Of a DNA stretch of 64,000 nucleotides, positions 61,201-64,000 are shown piece by piece; the stretch's first letter is position 1, and each line of letters starts with the position of its first letter. The stretch covers positions 12,216,001-12,280,000 of the forward strand of contig NC_058369.1 of the NCBI RefSeq assembly GCF_018350175.1. The letters run 5' to 3'. The DNA comes from Felis catus (taxonomy: Eukaryota). The notes under the pieces are model-generated. The model worked only from the letters and a program-made list of their open reading frames with translations. It ran no database searches and was not told the DNA's origin. The position numbers and the translations under genes were made by a program.

Positions 61201-64000
61201 TCAAGGGCAGAACCCTTATGCGTGGGCTATGATCGTCAGGTATTTGCAAAGGGAGGGTCCAAGCCAGCACACATGGTCACGGCCTGGCTACAAGCGCACA
61301 GCGGTCATATATGTACACGGACCTGAATGTGGCAGGACGGAAGCCATAGGCTAAGAGACGTGGTTGCCCCCTGTGGCTCTGAGTTTGCCAGCGTTCTACA
61401 TCAGTGCACCCTGCTTCACTGCTTTTGTGAGTAAGACAGAAAAGGGAAAGAGACACATTCAAGGAGAAGAGGGGTCTGAAGCTACGTGATCCTCCCTGGG
61501 GACCCTAATGACCACCATGACGAAAGAAAGACGAGCTGAAGGTGTGTGTACCTGCCATTCGGCACAAGGTACGGCACCTCCACCCAGCCCGCTAGGAACT
61601 CAAGGCCTGCGGTGGGGACGGGAAGCGGGGGGGGGGGGGGGGAAGGGCTGCAGTCCCCAACCACAAGGAGAACCAAAGAGCAAGAGAACCATGCCTGAAA
61701 GTTTGGACACACAGTGAAGCATCAAGGCGACCAACACAGCCAGAGGGAGTTCAGGGCCAGAACTACCTGGAGACTCGAGGCGTAAACGCTTCAGCACTGC
61801 TGGGAGCCCACTGCTCTTGCCCCATCTACCAGAAATGGAAGTAAAAGAGAAACCGAGGTCACCCGAGGCAACCTTCCCGCCCTGACATGCCACCCTGTGC
61901 AGGAGGCAGGACCTACACTGAGTCCCAAAGGTCTCCACCCACACCTCTTGGCCCCGCACTCCCAGCACCAGGGGAAGCAGACCCACACAGAGGTCAACAG
62001 TGCCACCAGGCAGATGCGGACTCAAGTCCTACCCCACCACTAGTGTGCTGTGCAACCCCGGGGAAGGTGAGCAGCCTCTCTGTGCCTCAGTTTCTTCATC
62101 TGGAAAATAAGGAGAAGCATTCCCACCACCAGAGACTGACCTGGGGTGAGCTCTCCTCCAGTGCTGGCTGTTTACAGTTCTGTGCTCTCCCTTGTCCTCT
62201 CCTTCCACCGTCTCCCATGCGAAAATGTATCCCATCCCGTAAATGTTCCCTCAGCCCAGTTCTACCTCAAGCTACTGACCGCCCCTTTCCCAGAAGACTT
62301 CCTGAAAGAGTGGTCTGCCCTTGGGCTTATAAATTCATTCATTCACTCAATCAACAAACCAAAGGTTAAGTTCACACTATGAGGAGGAATCAAGCATACA
62401 AAAGGGTGTGAGACACAGCTCTAGGGCTCAAGATGGGGAGACACGCAGGCAAAGTGAGCCCGTGACTGCAGCACAAGGTGCCAGGGGACATGAGGGGATG
62501 GCGGGATGCACAGCCGAAGCCTCCGGAGCCTGAGCGAGGGGTCAGCGATGGGCAAGGTGGGCTCTAGGACAGAGGGGGCCGCCAGGGACCTGGGCTCATT
62601 CAGCACGGTTTCAGCCAGCCACAAGAGTGGACACAGTGAGGTAACAGGGTGTGTGTCCGCCCTGCTGAAAAGCCCGGAACGTGATCCCCAAGGCGACCTG
62701 AGCAGATGTGCACACGAGCCAGTGAACTGAATATGCACTTAGCTACGCAGAGTGGGTGACAGGGGAGCACCCACAGGAAGCAACCAGGGAGAGACTTGGG
62801 CAGGCCTCCAGGATGATGAGGCCAAGGAATGCAGCCACTCACGGCACACAAACACGGACAACATGAGCCATTCACCTTCACACGTTTCTCTGAGATGTCC
62901 CTATGGGCCATCGAGGTGGAAACCTCTGCCATTTCTACAGAATGCCTCGTGGAGCTCCTAGTCTGGAGGGGAATGTCATTACACGCGACAACACACACTG
63001 AGGGCCATTAAGGGCTGGGAGGAAAAGACGGGGATAGCAGGGGCACTCGGCAGCCCAGACACGCACCTGCGAGGGCAGGAAGACCAGCCCTGCCCCAGCT
63101 GAGCCTGCCCGAAGGGATGCAAGGCAACAAGCAGGCCAAGGACACCAGCAACACAGACAGAAGGAGGCACCACTGGCGGGAAAACACCAAGGGAGGAGGG
63201 TCCTGAGGGGACCGGGGGACGGGCGTGTGGAGAGCAGTAGGAGGGTTGAGTGCAGCCACAGAGGGCAGGTGGATGGCCCTGGAAAGGGTCAGGCAATGAC
63301 AGCCCCCGGGACCTTGCCTGGGCAGCCGAGGTGGAGCAGGGAGCAGATTCGAGCTCATTCTCCCCAAAGTGCCGTTTAAGATGAAAAGTAGCCCCGGCCT
63401 CCCCAGAGCCCTCCCTGGATATGGCTCCTCCTAGCATCCCAGAGAACAGCCCCCATCCGTTCTGTCCTTCCTTCCTCTGTATGGTGGAGCAGGCCCTGAA
63501 CAGACTCACAGGGGCGACAGCTCAGCAGTAAGGGCCCCACACAGCAGAGCACCTACCACCTTCCTCGAGAATGCCCACTTCCCACAAGACTCCCAGCTTT
63601 CCCCAAGGGGCCCTGAATCTTCCTGAAATTCCTTTCCTAGATCAGACACCCTGGGCCATCTTCCGAGCCCTGGCCCGATATTTGGCCATCCGCCAAGAGA
63701 GCCCACTGCCCGGGACTCAGGGCTCCCCAAGGCGGATGGGGTCAGCAGCTCTCCATGCCCCTCCCCTCCACTCTGCGGATGGCATCATCAGCTTCCTGGC
63801 ACCACTGCTCTTCTGTGGAGCCTGGGGGTCCTCTAGGCACCAGGCACCGAGTAGGCTCCAGATTCCACAGATTCCACGGAGGAGCGGAGCATCACGGTCT
63901 GATCAGGGAACAAACACAGAAGAGAAAACATGCTGGCAGGAGCAGGGAGAGGAATTACACACGGTCGCTCCTCGGCTCGGAAAAGACCCTCTGTGGTTGG

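Noticed and set aside
61300..64000. Exon 1 or promoter at the right end
   Set aside because: No MAAPLIPLSQQ-like coding sequence and no clear CpG island; still intron 1

Overview
This is mammalian genomic DNA, very likely a felid judging from the SINEC_Fc-type CAN-SINEs. The window lies inside the minus-strand gene EPS15L1 (EPS15R, an endocytic adaptor). I traced 20 coding exons (exons 2-21 by orthologue numbering, 49823 down to 3125); all have GT-AG boundaries and the reading frame is continuous. They encode three EH domains, the coiled coil and the DPF-repeat region. Exon 1 lies beyond 64000 and the last exons lie beyond position 1. The introns hold about 36 CAN-SINEs, several L1 fragments, a Tigger1-type element, MER20, a MaLR LTR and microsatellites. 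I see no prokaryote-type system, and almost all short ORFs in the track are noise. The best leads are: (1) two candidate intronic termination modules, after exon 16 (VKVE-stop read-through or a cryptic exon, plus a poly(A) signal) and after exon 21 (an LYTEP-stop terminal exon), which would cut the protein at domain boundaries; (2) a perfect 18-bp inverted repeat in intron 16 that competes with a local hairpin next to a strong cryptic donor; (3) two apparently lost DPF motifs; (4) a twin-primed inverted L1 and several nested insertions with readable target-site duplications (TSDs). Repeat boundaries and subfamily names are by eye and approximate.
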